64,000 nt of DNA from an uncultured Bacilli bacterium (GTDB lineage Bacteria; Bacillota_I; Bacilli_A; RF39; UBA660): contig CANRKU010000001.1 in the NCBI GenBank assembly GCA_947631295.1, forward strand, positions 6,690 through 70,689, given 5' to 3'. Below, in pieces: positions 40,127 through 50,731 of the stretch; the stretch's first letter is position 1; every line of letters begins with the position of its first letter. Under the pieces are notes generated by a model, which saw only the letters and a list, made by a program, of their open reading frames with translations, did no database searches and was not told the origin of the DNA. A program made the position numbers and the translations under genes.

Positions 40127-42754
40127 ATGAAAAAAGTGATTTTAGTAGATGGAAATAATTTATTATTTAGAAGCTACTATGCAACTGCTTATACAGGAAA
40201 TATTATGAAAAATTCCAAAGGATTTCCTACCAATGCTATTTATGGTTTTATCAATATGATTAATAAAATTATTGCCGAAGAAAAACCTGAATATATTATG
40301 ATTGCTTTTGATAAAGGGAAAACTTTTAGACATGATAAATATGAATCATATAAAGGTGGACGTAGTGAAACTCCAGATGAATTAAAACAACAATTTCCAG
40401 TTGCAAAACAAATTTGTGAAGCCATGGGCATTCATTACTTCGAAATTGATAACTATGAAGCAGATGATATTATTGGAACTTTTGCGAAAGAAGTAAATCA
40501 TAATCCTGATTTTACTGCTACCATTATTAGTAGTGATAAAGATTTATTACAGTTAATTACGGATGAAGTAGATATGAAATTACTAAAACAAACAGGTTTT
40601 ATTCGTATGGATAAAAAAGTTTTCAAAGAAACATATGGAGTAGAACCAATTGGTATGATTGATTTAAAAGCCTTAATGGGAGATGCCAGCGATAATATTC
40701 CGGGAGTAAAAGGAATAGGTGAAAAAACAGCAATCTCTCTTCTTAGTAAATACCAGACACTAGATAACTTATATCAACATATTGATGAAATTAGTGGAAA
40801 GACAAAAGAAAAATTAATATTAGATAAAGAAAATGCCTATATGAGTTATGATATCGCAACAATTTATTGTGATGTCCCTATTAATACTGATTTAGAAAAT
40901 ATTCATTATCATGGAATTCATGCTCTAGAATATGTAAAACTATTAGAAGAATTAGAATTTTATTCTTTAATAAAAAAATTAGATATTGATCCCAATATGG
41001 TAGCAAAAGAAAATCAAAATACTCCTTCACAAGAAGAAATTCATGTAGAAATTATGAAAGATATCACGAACTTTAAAATAGAAGGAGACTATGCTTTATA
41101 TCTAGAAATTTTTGGAACGAATTATCATAAAGATAAAGTTTATGGTGTAGGCATTTATAATGAAAATACTAGTATTTTTATTCCTTTTGATGTCTTAGTA
41201 ACAAATCCAACTATTTTAAAAAATGATCAAGAAATGTTTACTTATGATTTAAAAAAAGTATCTTATATTTTTAGAAAATATAATATTCTTTATAGTGAAT
41301 GTAACTATGATTTAATGGTTGCTTCTTATCTACTTAATTATAATATTAAAGAGGATATTAGCTATTTAGCACGTAATAAAGGATATCAAATTCCTTTTTA
41401 TGAAGAATTATTTGGAAAAGGTGCCAAAACACATGAACCATCTATCGAAGAAATTGCCAAAGTTTGTTTAGAAAAAGCACGTTTTATTTATGAAACCAAA
41501 GACAAATTTTTAAATGAATTAAAAGAAGATCAATCTTTAATGTTATTTCATAATATTGAAATGCCTTTAGTAGAAGTATTAACAGATATGGAGTTTACGG
41601 GAATTCGAGTAAATAGAACTTATTTAGAAGAAACAGGAAAAGAATTAGAAGTAAAAATTCAAAAATTAGAAAAAGAAATTTATGAAATTGCTGGTGGAGA
41701 ATTTAATATTTCCTCTCCTAAACAGTTAGGAATTATTTTATTTGAACAATTACAGATTCCATATCCTAAAAAAATAAAGGATCATAATTATTCAACGAGT
41801 AAAGAGATTTTAGATAAACTAGTGGGAACTTATCCGATTGTAGACAAAGTATTAGAATATCGTATGTTAACAAAGATTTTAAGCAATTATGTAGTAGGAT
41901 TAATAAATGAGATTATGGAAGATGGTAAGATTCATACGATTTTTACCCAAACACTAACTAGAACAGGAAGATTATCTTCTATTAGTCCTAATCTTCAAAA
42001 TATTCCGATTCGAACCGAAGAAGGAAAATTAATTCGTAAAGCTTTTATTCCGGAAAAAGATTCTTGTATTTTATCAAGTGATTATTCGCAAATTGAACTT
42101 CGCTTATTTGCATCGTTTGCGAATGCTGATAACTTAATTGATGCTTTTATTCATGGAGCTGATATTCATGCGAAAACAGCTTCTGATATTTTTGGTATTC
42201 CTATGGATCAAGTAGATCAAAATATGAGAAGAACGGCAAAAGCTGTTAACTTTGGAATTTTGTATGGAATTAGTAGTTTTGGTCTTTCAGAAGATTTAGG
42301 AATTGACATTCTCTCTGCAAAGAGTTTTATTGATTCTTATCTAGATACTTATCCAAGAATTAAAGAATATATGCAAGAGGTAATTGCAGATGCTAAAGAA
42401 AAAGGTTATGTAAAAACCATCATGAATCGTAAACGAGTAATTGAAGAATTAAATAATAAAAATTACATGATTCGTCAACAGGGAGAAAGAATTGCTTTAA
42501 ATACACCTGTTCAGGGTAGTAGTGCTGATATTTTAAAGAAAGCCATGATTGAAATCTTCCAAGAATTTAAAGAGAAAAATCTAAAGAGTAAAATGTTAAT
42601 TCAAGTACATGATGAACTTGTTTTCAATGTTCTAAACAGCGAATTAGATACCGTAAAAGAAATCGTACAAAGAATTATGGAAAATACTTATCAGTTGAAT
42701 GTACCATTAAAGGTAGATATTGAAACTGGATCTGACTGGTATGAAGCAAAATAA
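40127..42754 (+). CDS. polA: DNA polymerase I
   Basis: 875 aa with a 5'-3' exonuclease domain and polymerase motifs A/B/C (DYSQIELR; RRTAKAVNFGILYG; VHDE). Confidence 0.95.
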   Translation: MKKVILVDGNNLLFRSYYATAYTGNIMKNSKGFPTNAIYGFINMINKIIAEEKPEYIMIAFDKGKTFRHDKYESYKGGRSETPDELKQQFPVAKQICEAMGIHYFEIDNYEADDIIGTFAKEVNHNPDFTATIISSDKDLLQLITDEVDMKLLKQTGFIRMDKKVFKETYGVEPIGMIDLKALMGDASDNIPGVKGIGEKTAISLLSKYQTLDNLYQHIDEISGKTKEKLILDKENAYMSYDIATIYCDVPINTDLENIHYHGIHALEYVKLLEELEFYSLIKKLDIDPNMVAKENQNTPSQEEIHVEIMKDITNFKIEGDYALYLEIFGTNYHKDKVYGVGIYNENTSIFIPFDVLVTNPTILKNDQEMFTYDLKKVSYIFRKYNILYSECNYDLMVASYLLNYNIKEDISYLARNKGYQIPFYEELFGKGAKTHEPSIEEIAKVCLEKARFIYETKDKFLNELKEDQSLMLFHNIEMPLVEVLTDMEFTGIRVNRTYLEETGKELEVKIQKLEKEIYEIAGGEFNISSPKQLGIILFEQLQIPYPKKIKDHNYSTSKEILDKLVGTYPIVDKVLEYRMLTKILSNYVVGLINEIMEDGKIHTIFTQTLTRTGRLSSISPNLQNIPIRTEEGKLIRKAFIPEKDSCILSSDYSQIELRLFASFANADNLIDAFIHGADIHAKTASDIFGIPMDQVDQNMRRTAKAVNFGILYGISSFGLSEDLGIDILSAKSFIDSYLDTYPRIKEYMQEVIADAKEKGYVKTIMNRKRVIEELNNKNYMIRQQGERIALNTPVQGSSADILKKAMIEIFQEFKEKNLKSKMLIQVHDELVFNVLNSELDTVKEIVQRIMENTYQLNVPLKVDIETGSDWYEAK

Positions 42755-42819
42755 CACTTGATATTTATGAAGAAAAGTGTATAATAGGAAATGCTTTACA
42801 AGGAGGAAAAAAACTATTT

Positions 42820-43401
42820 ATGGAAGAAAAGAAATTAGAAATCACAGATGAAAATTTTGATGGCTATGATACTTTATATTTTATTAAAGCACACTCTGCT
42901 AGTATTCTAACAAGGAATACAAAGGAAAGTGTATTATTTTGTGGCTTAGGTGTTCTAATGTATACAGTATCAACTATTTTGTTTTTAGGAATAGGTTATT
43001 TCTTAACAAATATTAATGCATTATTTGGAATATCCATAAGTCTATTTATGATATTTATTGGATGGGGACTTATTTCTAAGTCTTTCATAAGTATTAACAA
43101 AAAATTTCAAATCAAAAAATTAAAAGAAGAATATCCAGATATTGATATCAATATTGATAAACAAGAATTAGAAAAAGCACTAGTAAAATATAAAGAATTA
43201 TCTAAAGTAGAAAAAGATTTTGAAAAGAAAAAAGAAGAACATTTAGAGAATTATCAGGAATCATTTAGAAGTATGACACCATCTGAAAAAATTGCTTTTT
43301 TAGAAAAAGAAAAAGAATTTTGGGAGCAAGAAGCTATCTTAGAAAAGAATCAAACTCCTGAACTAGATATTCAGAAAGAATTAGGAGAAAAGAAAAAATA
43401 A
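42820..43401 (+). CDS. small membrane protein, tandem paralog A (2 TM helices + conserved charged coiled-coil C-terminus)
   Basis: GGAGGA RBS. The C-terminal about 92 aa are identical to paralog B except for 4 residues. Confidence 0.65.
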   Translation: MEEKKLEITDENFDGYDTLYFIKAHSASILTRNTKESVLFCGLGVLMYTVSTILFLGIGYFLTNINALFGISISLFMIFIGWGLISKSFISINKKFQIKKLKEEYPDIDINIDKQELEKALVKYKELSKVEKDFEKKKEEHLENYQESFRSMTPSEKIAFLEKEKEFWEQEAILEKNQTPELDIQKELGEKKK

Positions 43402-43464
43402 TTAAACTGTAAAATATATAAAGTTTATAATAGAAAATACTTTACAGGGGGAGAGAAACAATTT

Positions 43465-44028
43465 ATGGAAGAAAAATTAGAAATTACAGATCAAAACTAT
43501 AATGCATATCGTCATTTATATGATATACAAAAAGGTAGAGACTATGTGAATATGACACAATTTACAATATGGGTTGCTCTTTTGGTAGCTGTGACAGTTA
43601 ATGCTCCAAATCTAGCACTGATTATAGGAGAACTATTAGGTGCAACTCCACTAGGAATTATTACAACTTTGATAATGATAGGATTTTGTGAATGCTTTTT
43701 AATATTTGGCTCAAAGAAGATTCTATTTAAAATGTCTCTCAAAAATTTCAAAGAAGACTATCCAGATATTGATATCAATATTGATAAACAAGAATTAGAA
43801 AAAGCACTAGTAAAATATAAAGAATTATCTAAAGTAGAAAAAGATTGTGAAAAAAAGAAAGAAGAACACCTATCAAACTATCAAGAATCATTTAGAAGTA
43901 TGACACCATCTGAAAAAATTGCTTTCTTAGAAAAAGAAAAAGAATTTTGGGAGCAAGAAGCTATCTTAGAAAAGAATCAAACTTCTGAACTAGATATTCA
44001 GAAAGAATTAGGAGAAAAGAAAATATAA
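43465..44028 (+). CDS. small membrane protein, tandem paralog B
   Basis: GGGGGAGAG RBS. Its 3' about 280 nt (43746..44028) are near-identical to 43127..43401. Confidence 0.65.
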   Translation: MEEKLEITDQNYNAYRHLYDIQKGRDYVNMTQFTIWVALLVAVTVNAPNLALIIGELLGATPLGIITTLIMIGFCECFLIFGSKKILFKMSLKNFKEDYPDIDINIDKQELEKALVKYKELSKVEKDCEKKKEEHLSNYQESFRSMTPSEKIAFLEKEKEFWEQEAILEKNQTSELDIQKELGEKKI

Positions 44029-44053
44029 TAAAGTAGTAGGAGAGAAGTAGCAT

Positions 44054-44884
44054 ATGCCAGAAAAACCAGAAGTAATTACAGTTACCAAAAAATTAGAAAA
44101 AAGATTATTCAATCGAAAAATAACAGACTGTAAAGTATATTATGATGCTATTATTGACTATCCAACAAAAGAAGAATTCATTGGTAAAATCAAAAATCAA
44201 ACCATGAATTCTTTTTCTACTCGTGGAAAATGGATCGTAATAGAATTAGACCAAGATTATCTATTAGTACATCTTCGTATGGAAGGAAAATTCTTTTTTC
44301 GAGAAAAAAATGTGCCAGTAGAAAAACATCATCACGTAGTATTTACAATCGATGACAAAGAAGAATTACACTTTCAAGATGTTAGAAAATTTGGAAGAAT
44401 GAAATTAATTCCCAAAGAAAAAATCAACGAAATGCCACCCTTTTCTGAATTAGGATTAGAACCATGGGATCCCAACTTGACCCCTCAATATTTAAAAGAA
44501 AAATTAAAAAACAAGAAAATTCCTATCAAATCAGCATTATTAGATCAATCTATCATAACCGGTATTGGGAATATTTACGATGATGAAATCTTATTCTTAT
44601 CCCACCTTCATCCCTTAACACCCGCTAATTCAATTACAGAAAAAAAGTTAAAATCAATCATTGCCAATACGATAATCACTTTAGATAAAGCTATTCAAGA
44701 AGGAGGTACAACCATCCGTAATTATACCTCAGAAGAAGGTGTTACTGGTCTATTTCAAAATCATTTATATGTTCATACTAAAGTAGGAGAAGCCTGCCCT
44801 AATTGTGGTACTGCCATTTTAAAAATAAAAGTTGGAGGAAGAGGAACTTACTACTGTCCAAAGTGTCAGAAAAAGAAAAAATAA
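44054..44884 (+). CDS. mutM: formamidopyrimidine-DNA glycosylase Fpg/MutM
   Basis: The N-terminal PEKPEV contains the catalytic Pro2/Glu3. Has an H2TH domain and a C-terminal zinc finger (CPNCGT...CPKCQ). Lies in polA-mutM synteny. Confidence 0.9.
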   Translation: MPEKPEVITVTKKLEKRLFNRKITDCKVYYDAIIDYPTKEEFIGKIKNQTMNSFSTRGKWIVIELDQDYLLVHLRMEGKFFFREKNVPVEKHHHVVFTIDDKEELHFQDVRKFGRMKLIPKEKINEMPPFSELGLEPWDPNLTPQYLKEKLKNKKIPIKSALLDQSIITGIGNIYDDEILFLSHLHPLTPANSITEKKLKSIIANTIITLDKAIQEGGTTIRNYTSEEGVTGLFQNHLYVHTKVGEACPNCGTAILKIKVGGRGTYYCPKCQKKKK

Positions 44885-44947
44885 ATTGAAATCCTTATGA
44901 AAATATGTTACTATGAAACAGTGCAAAAAAATTAGAGGAGTGAAAAT

Positions 44948-46354
44948 ATGAAAAAAACAAAAATTATTTGTAGTATTGGGCCTTCTACGCAGAGCTGGGA
45001 TAAATTTAAAGGTTTAGTAGAAGCAGGTATGAATGTTGCAAGAATTAATTTTTCTCATGCAACTTTAGAAGAAAGAAAATTAGATGAATCTTTAATTAAA
45101 AGAGCTAATGAAGAATTAGGAGCTAACATTGCGACTTTATATGATACAAAGGGTCCGGATCTTAGAACTTGTTCTTTTGAAAATGATCAAATTGAATTAG
45201 TAACGGGTTCTACTATTCGTATTGTTGATGAGGATTTGGTAGGTAATAATGAACGAATTTGTTTTAATTATCGTGGAATTTTAAAAGATTTACAGGTTGG
45301 TAGTATAATTTTACTAGATGATGGTTTTTATAAACTAATTGTAGATAGCTGTGATTCTGATGGAGGAGTTACTTGCCGTATTGTAAACGGAGGTGTAATT
45401 AAGTCTCGTCGTGGAGTATGTATTCCTGGTATTAGATTAAATGTTAATTATGTATCAGAACAAGATAAAGAAGATATTAAATATGCCTGTGAAATGGATG
45501 GAGATTATCTAGCAATTTCTTTTGTCAATAGTAAAGAAGATATTCTTGAGGTCAGAAAACTTTGCCAAGAATATGGAAAACCTGATATGCCAATTATATC
45601 AAAAGTTGAAACACAATATGCAATGGATCATTTACAAGAGATTGTAGAAGAGTCTGATTATATTATGGTAGCTCGTGGTGATTTAGGGGTTGAAACAGGA
45701 CTTGAAAATTTACCTTTATATCAACAAATGATGATTGATATCTGTCATTCTAATGGAACTGGTGTTATTATGGCTACTCAAATGATGACTAGTATGAAGA
45801 AAAACATTCGTCCAACAAATGCTGAAGTTACTGATGTATCTCATGCAGTTTTAGCTGGATGTGATGCTATTATGACGAGTGATGAAACAACTGTAGGGGA
45901 TTATCCTGTCGAGACAATTCAAATGATGACTAATATTTGTAATAGCACAGAAAAAATTACTAAATATAATTTAGGAGAATATAAGTTAAAGGGAACAGCT
46001 ATTCATAATACCATTGCTGAATGTGCAGCCAAAAGTACACATGAATTGCCTATTAAAGCTGTAGTGGTTTCTACTTTAACTGGAAAAACAGCACTTGATA
46101 TTTCTTCTCTTCGCCCTAATGCTTATATTGTAGCAGCGGTAACAAGCGAGAAAGTTGCGCGTAGATTAGCGTTGAAATGGGGCGTTTATCCTAAAGTAGT
46201 ACCAGTTTATTCTGATACTGATGATATTGTTCATGATGGAATTGAAGCAGCTAAAAAAATTATGAGTTTACAACCTGGTGATATTGTAACTGTTATTGGC
46301 GGCTTTCCATATGATGCTCATACAAACTTTATGAAAATTGAAGAAATTCAATAA
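44948..46354 (+). CDS. pyk: pyruvate kinase
   Basis: 468 aa with PK barrel and C-terminal domains (MVARGDLGVE; ATQMM.SM). Confidence 0.9.
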   Translation: MKKTKIICSIGPSTQSWDKFKGLVEAGMNVARINFSHATLEERKLDESLIKRANEELGANIATLYDTKGPDLRTCSFENDQIELVTGSTIRIVDEDLVGNNERICFNYRGILKDLQVGSIILLDDGFYKLIVDSCDSDGGVTCRIVNGGVIKSRRGVCIPGIRLNVNYVSEQDKEDIKYACEMDGDYLAISFVNSKEDILEVRKLCQEYGKPDMPIISKVETQYAMDHLQEIVEESDYIMVARGDLGVETGLENLPLYQQMMIDICHSNGTGVIMATQMMTSMKKNIRPTNAEVTDVSHAVLAGCDAIMTSDETTVGDYPVETIQMMTNICNSTEKITKYNLGEYKLKGTAIHNTIAECAAKSTHELPIKAVVVSTLTGKTALDISSLRPNAYIVAAVTSEKVARRLALKWGVYPKVVPVYSDTDDIVHDGIEAAKKIMSLQPGDIVTVIGGFPYDAHTNFMKIEEIQ

Positions 46355-46374
46355 AAGTAGAAAAATAGTTGATA

Positions 46375-46409
46375 AAAACCTGTTCTTTATTTAAAAGACA
46401 GTTTTTTTT
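46375..46409 (+). terminator. rho-independent terminator after pyk
   Basis: The hairpin CCTGTTCTTT...AAAGACAG is followed by T8. Confidence 0.6.
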
Positions 46410-46587
46410 AGGAATAATTTCAATTATACAGAAAAATAAATAGATTATTTATTATACTATGATAAATTATTTTACTTTTGGAGTTAGTCCCAATTTTTTT
46501 CTTTTTAAAAAATTATTCATAAAATATTTGCTGTTTGCATATAAATGTGATATAATCTAATACACGCAATTAAAGGGAGGCGAACAA

Positions 46588-46932
46588 ATGAAGAATATTG
46601 GTTTACGCAAGATTAGTATTAATACACCATTAATATCCTCATACATGAAAACTATTCATTTATGGAATGATAAAGATTTTACAGTTGGCGAACAAGACCA
46701 TTTTTATGCTATATTCTTAGAAGATAAATTTTTGGCTGCTTCAACTATTAAATTTGATAAAGAAAATTCACAAATTTTAATTTCTATTATTAATGGAAGT
46801 ATTAGTTCACAATATTGTGATAGTGTGCAACAAGAGTCAGATATGCAATTAAGAAAAATTGCTTATGATCAATATGGACAAGATTATCCAATTGTTGTAA
46901 ATACAATTAATAGATTTCAAAAGAAAAAATAA
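46588..46932 (+). CDS. hypothetical protein (114 aa)
   Basis: ORF with an extended -10 promoter (TGTGATATAAT) and an AAGGGAGG RBS. Confidence 0.55.
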   Translation: MKNIGLRKISINTPLISSYMKTIHLWNDKDFTVGEQDHFYAIFLEDKFLAASTIKFDKENSQILISIINGSISSQYCDSVQQESDMQLRKIAYDQYGQDYPIVVNTINRFQKKK

Positions 46933-46944
46933 GAGAATCGTTAT

Positions 46945-48102
46945 TTATTGATTTCTCTTATTTTTTGGTTGATGCTGATACTCTTGCTTAATAAATTCGA
47001 TTTTTTCATTTTCTTCTAAAATAGAAGAATAAACATTGGTAACTATTTGTTCATATTTTAACATTTCGCTATTTCCTTTAGAAAAGGTAGTAATAATAGG
47101 AAGATTGATTTTTCTTTTTATTTGATTTAAATATCGCTGTCCTTTGTTATTAAAACCTAATACTCTAATGTATTCAATTTCTTGCCATTTATTTGCCTGT
47201 TCTTTGGTAAAATTACATAAGATATGCGTAAGCATGCGATTAATTTTATTATATGTATAACGCTTTGTTTTTATTTTTTTTACCAAATCTATCCAACTTT
47301 TAGCATCATTAATATATTTTTTAATTCTAAAATCAATACCTTCTTCTACTGTTTGATAAATACTTAGATCAGGTGTTGTTTGTATTTTATATTTTAAAAG
47401 GGGAAAGTAATCATTTTGACAAAAGATTCTATTTTCTAATATTTTACTGACTTTAATAGGAACTGAAAAGTCAATTTTTTTGTTTTCTAGTAAGGCATTT
47501 CTAATACTAGTTGCGCTAGAGATGGTTTGTAGGGTATTACCATGATAATCATTTGTTCTTTGAATAGAAATAGGGATGATATTCGTATTTTGTTTGATAA
47601 TCTCTTTTATATAACTTAAACCTAATAAATCATTAGGAGTCGATATGCATTCTTGATGATGATCTTCAAGGGCTTTGTTTAGAGCAGTAGGGTAATTTAG
47701 TCCTTTTTTTAAGTATTTTTTTATTGTTTTTTGGTATAATTCATCATTTAATGAGATGTTAGCTATTCTTTTTAATTTTTCTATATCATTGCACTCACTA
47801 CCAAATATTAAATATTCTGCTTTTAATTCTTTTAAAATAGAAATAGCTCCATGGGCAAATACATCAGCACTCTGCGTAGCAAATGCAAAGGGAAGTTCTA
47901 TTACTAAATCTATCCCATAGTCTAAAGCAATTTCTGTTTTTTTCCATTTATCTATAATGCTAGGAATTCCTCTTTGAGTAAAGTTACCAGACATAACTAA
48001 TATAATAAGAGAATTAGGGAAGATTTCTTTTATTTTTTGTAGATGATAAAGATGTCCATTATGAAATGGATTATATTCACAAATAATACCAACTATTTCC
48101 AT
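46945..48102 (-). CDS. tmcAL: tRNA(Met) cytidine acetate ligase TmcAL (YlbM-like nucleotidyltransferase)
   Basis: The N-terminal nucleotidyltransferase motif (GIICEYNPFHNGHLYH) is characteristic. 385 aa. Confidence 0.8.
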   Translation of the reverse strand: MEIVGIICEYNPFHNGHLYHLQKIKEIFPNSLIILVMSGNFTQRGIPSIIDKWKKTEIALDYGIDLVIELPFAFATQSADVFAHGAISILKELKAEYLIFGSECNDIEKLKRIANISLNDELYQKTIKKYLKKGLNYPTALNKALEDHHQECISTPNDLLGLSYIKEIIKQNTNIIPISIQRTNDYHGNTLQTISSATSIRNALLENKKIDFSVPIKVSKILENRIFCQNDYFPLLKYKIQTTPDLSIYQTVEEGIDFRIKKYINDAKSWIDLVKKIKTKRYTYNKINRMLTHILCNFTKEQANKWQEIEYIRVLGFNNKGQRYLNQIKRKINLPIITTFSKGNSEMLKYEQIVTNVYSSILEENEKIEFIKQEYQHQPKNKRNQ

Positions 48103-48229
48103 GTAATCACCTTTTAAATATTATAAAGATAATTATGATAATTGACAAGCTTTTTCCTGTTGTTACTATTCAGTATTTGCTTGAAAAATAATAAAAATTA
48201 TTATATAATTTAGAAACAGTGGTGGTGAT

Positions 48230-48697
48230 TTGATGAAATTAGAATTACACAATCTAAGTAATCATTTACAGGATTCTTTAGAAATTAATGAAAAAGTAAT
48301 CATACCAAAAGAATATTATCAAAAAACAGATATTATTGATTTCAAAAATTTAATTTTAAAAGGCAAAATAACTAATTCTACTAATGGACTTATTTTGAAA
48401 GCAAATTTATCTGGAATGATGGTATTAGAAGATTCTATTAGTTTAGAACCAATTGACTATCCATTTTCTTGTGAAATTGAGGAAGAATTACAAAGTTTTT
48501 TGAAAAATAATGAAAATATACTTGATATTACAGAAATTTTATGGCAAAATATTATTTTAGAAGTTCCTTTGAAGCTTTCTCATGTAGAAAATTTCAATGA
48601 ATATCAAGGGGATGGCTGGAAATTAGTCAGTGAAGATAGTATTCAAAATACTAACAATCCTTTTAGTGAACTAAAAGATATGATGGGAGAGGAGTGA
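48230..48697 (+). CDS. yceD: YceD/YlbN (DUF177) family protein
   Basis: A DUF177 protein immediately upstream of rpmF, with an acidic C-terminus. Confidence 0.7.
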   Translation: MMKLELHNLSNHLQDSLEINEKVIIPKEYYQKTDIIDFKNLILKGKITNSTNGLILKANLSGMMVLEDSISLEPIDYPFSCEIEEELQSFLKNNENILDITEILWQNIILEVPLKLSHVENFNEYQGDGWKLVSEDSIQNTNNPFSELKDMMGEE

Positions 48698-48701
48698 AAA
48701 T

Positions 48702-48884
48702 ATGGCAGTTCCATTTCATAGAGTATCAAAAACTAGAAAGAGAATGAGAAGAAGTCACAATGCTTTAACTCAAGTTGGAACTAGTAAATGTCCAAACTGT
48801 GGAGAAGCAATTAGACCTCATAGAGTTTGTCCTAAATGTGGTTTCTACAAAGGAAAAGAAGAAATAAAAAAAGATGCCGAATAA
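48702..48884 (+). CDS. rpmF: 50S ribosomal protein L32
   Basis: Starts [19 protein letters not shown] and carries the CPNCGE...CPKCG zinc ribbon. Confidence 0.95.
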   Translation: MAVPFHRVSKTRKRMRRSHNALTQVGTSKCPNCGEAIRPHRVCPKCGFYKGKEEIKKDAE

Positions 48885-48907
48885 GCATTTTTTTATTTGG
48901 AGGGTTT

Positions 48908-49831
48908 ATGGTGTTAGATGATTATATTACTTATGATCAAAAAATGTTTGAGAATATTATCGCTGTTTTAGCTACATATCAATTAATGGGAATAGAGCAA
49001 AAAGGGATTTTATTAGAAGAATCTAGATATCAAAATCTCTTAGAGATACTGATAACTGAGTATGTCAATTTAAAAGCAGATTTGGATAGAGTGCCAATTA
49101 TACCTACAAAATTAGATTTGAAGTCAGTTTTGGAATTGGCTGATTATTCCTTTATATCTATTTTACCAAAATATTGGAAAACAATTTTGAAATATGATGG
49201 TTTACTTTATTCGCATGATGATTTTCCTTTTTATACAGCTAATTTTGAATATCGAGTTACTAAAAAAGGAAAAATTCGTTTGCATCAAATTGCATTATCA
49301 TCAGATATTAATGAATATACACCAGGTGTTATTAATCATGAAAAAATGCATGCTTTAATGATGAAAAAAATCCATTTATCCAATTTTCCTATTATTTACA
49401 TGGAATTATTATCTATCTTGATGCAAAAAATAACGAATTATCAAGTGGAAAAAGTACTAAATATTTCTACAATTCATATTATGGATGAAATCATTCGAGC
49501 TTTTGAAAATCAACAACATTTATCTATTTTAGTAGATATCTTCAAAGATATCGATTTAGAAAAAGAATCTGTCAATAATCATTTTGTTTATCAATTTTTA
49601 AATTTAAAAGCCAATGATTATTTACTTTCCGATTGGTATAGTGATATCTTAATGGAATATTATTTAATAGATTTTAAAACTCTACAAAAGAAACTTTTTC
49701 AATTATTCAGCAATGAAATAACTATACAAGAATTATTAAATTATTATGATGTTTCTTTAGATCATAAAAATTTTATTCCTAATATTGAAAAGAAATTAGC
49801 AAAAATAAAAAAATATTCTATTCAACAGTAA
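48908..49831 (+). CDS. hypothetical protein with HExxH motif (NHEKMHALM); possible metallopeptidase-like
   Basis: The ATG follows a GGAGGG RBS. The longer upstream extension in the ORF track overlaps rpmF and is unlikely. A single HExxH motif is present. Confidence 0.5.
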   Translation: MVLDDYITYDQKMFENIIAVLATYQLMGIEQKGILLEESRYQNLLEILITEYVNLKADLDRVPIIPTKLDLKSVLELADYSFISILPKYWKTILKYDGLLYSHDDFPFYTANFEYRVTKKGKIRLHQIALSSDINEYTPGVINHEKMHALMMKKIHLSNFPIIYMELLSILMQKITNYQVEKVLNISTIHIMDEIIRAFENQQHLSILVDIFKDIDLEKESVNNHFVYQFLNLKANDYLLSDWYSDILMEYYLIDFKTLQKKLFQLFSNEITIQELLNYYDVSLDHKNFIPNIEKKLAKIKKYSIQQ

Positions 49832-49881
49832 TCAACAATTTCTTTCAACTAAAAAAAATATAATAAGACTAGGTGATATTT

Positions 49882-50658
49882 ATGAAAATATATCTTGATC
49901 TAGTCTTTTTTTTAAATTTTATGTTTGATTTTTTACTTTTATTGACAGTGAAAATAGTTTTGAAAAGAAACGTAAAGTGTTATCGTATTTTACTAGGGGC
50001 TCTTGTTGGTGCCTTCAGTATCTTTTTTTTATTTATCAAACTTAATTCTTTTACATTATTTTTATTGAAGATAATTATTTCTCTTATCATGTTATGTGTT
50101 TCTTTTGGCTTTTCATCATCGAAAGATTTTTTTAAAAATTTCTTATATTTATATTTTATTAGTATTGTTTTAGGAGGTTTTCTCTATTATTTAAATTTAG
50201 AATTTTCTTATCAAAATATAGGCCTTGCTTTTTTTCATAATGGTTTTAGTGTTAATTTTATTTTATTATTAATCTTAAGTCCAGTTATTTTTGTTTTTTA
50301 TATGAAACAAGATCGAACTTTAAAAATTATTAAAAACTGTAATTATCAAGTAGATTTATATTATCAAAAAAAAGTTCTTCATTATAATGCTTATTTAGAC
50401 ACTGGTAATCAATTATATGATCCTTATTTTCATCAACCAGTTATTTTGCTTTATGATCCTAATTTTCCTAAGATCAAAAATCCCCTTATGATTCCTTATG
50501 ATACTTTAGAACATCATGGATTATTAAAATGTATTAGAGTAGATAAGATTGTATTAGATCAAAAAAAAGTAATTCTAAAACCCTATATTGCTTTCAGTAA
50601 CGATTCTTTGAAAATAGAGGGAGTTAATATGATTTTACATCAGGATTATTTAGAATAG
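49882..50658 (+). CDS. spoIIGA: sporulation sigma-E factor-processing peptidase SpoIIGA
   Basis: N-terminal TM region (IYLDLVFFLNFMFDFLLLLTV) and catalytic DTG (AYLDTGNQLYDP). It lies directly upstream of sigE. Confidence 0.85.
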   Translation: MKIYLDLVFFLNFMFDFLLLLTVKIVLKRNVKCYRILLGALVGAFSIFFLFIKLNSFTLFLLKIIISLIMLCVSFGFSSSKDFFKNFLYLYFISIVLGGFLYYLNLEFSYQNIGLAFFHNGFSVNFILLLILSPVIFVFYMKQDRTLKIIKNCNYQVDLYYQKKVLHYNAYLDTGNQLYDPYFHQPVILLYDPNFPKIKNPLMIPYDTLEHHGLLKCIRVDKIVLDQKKVILKPYIAFSNDSLKIEGVNMILHQDYLE

Positions 50659-50731
50659 GAAACGACAAAATTTTATGATAAATTTTTCTATACTGGATTT
50701 ATAAACATATAATGAAATGAGGAGGAAATAT

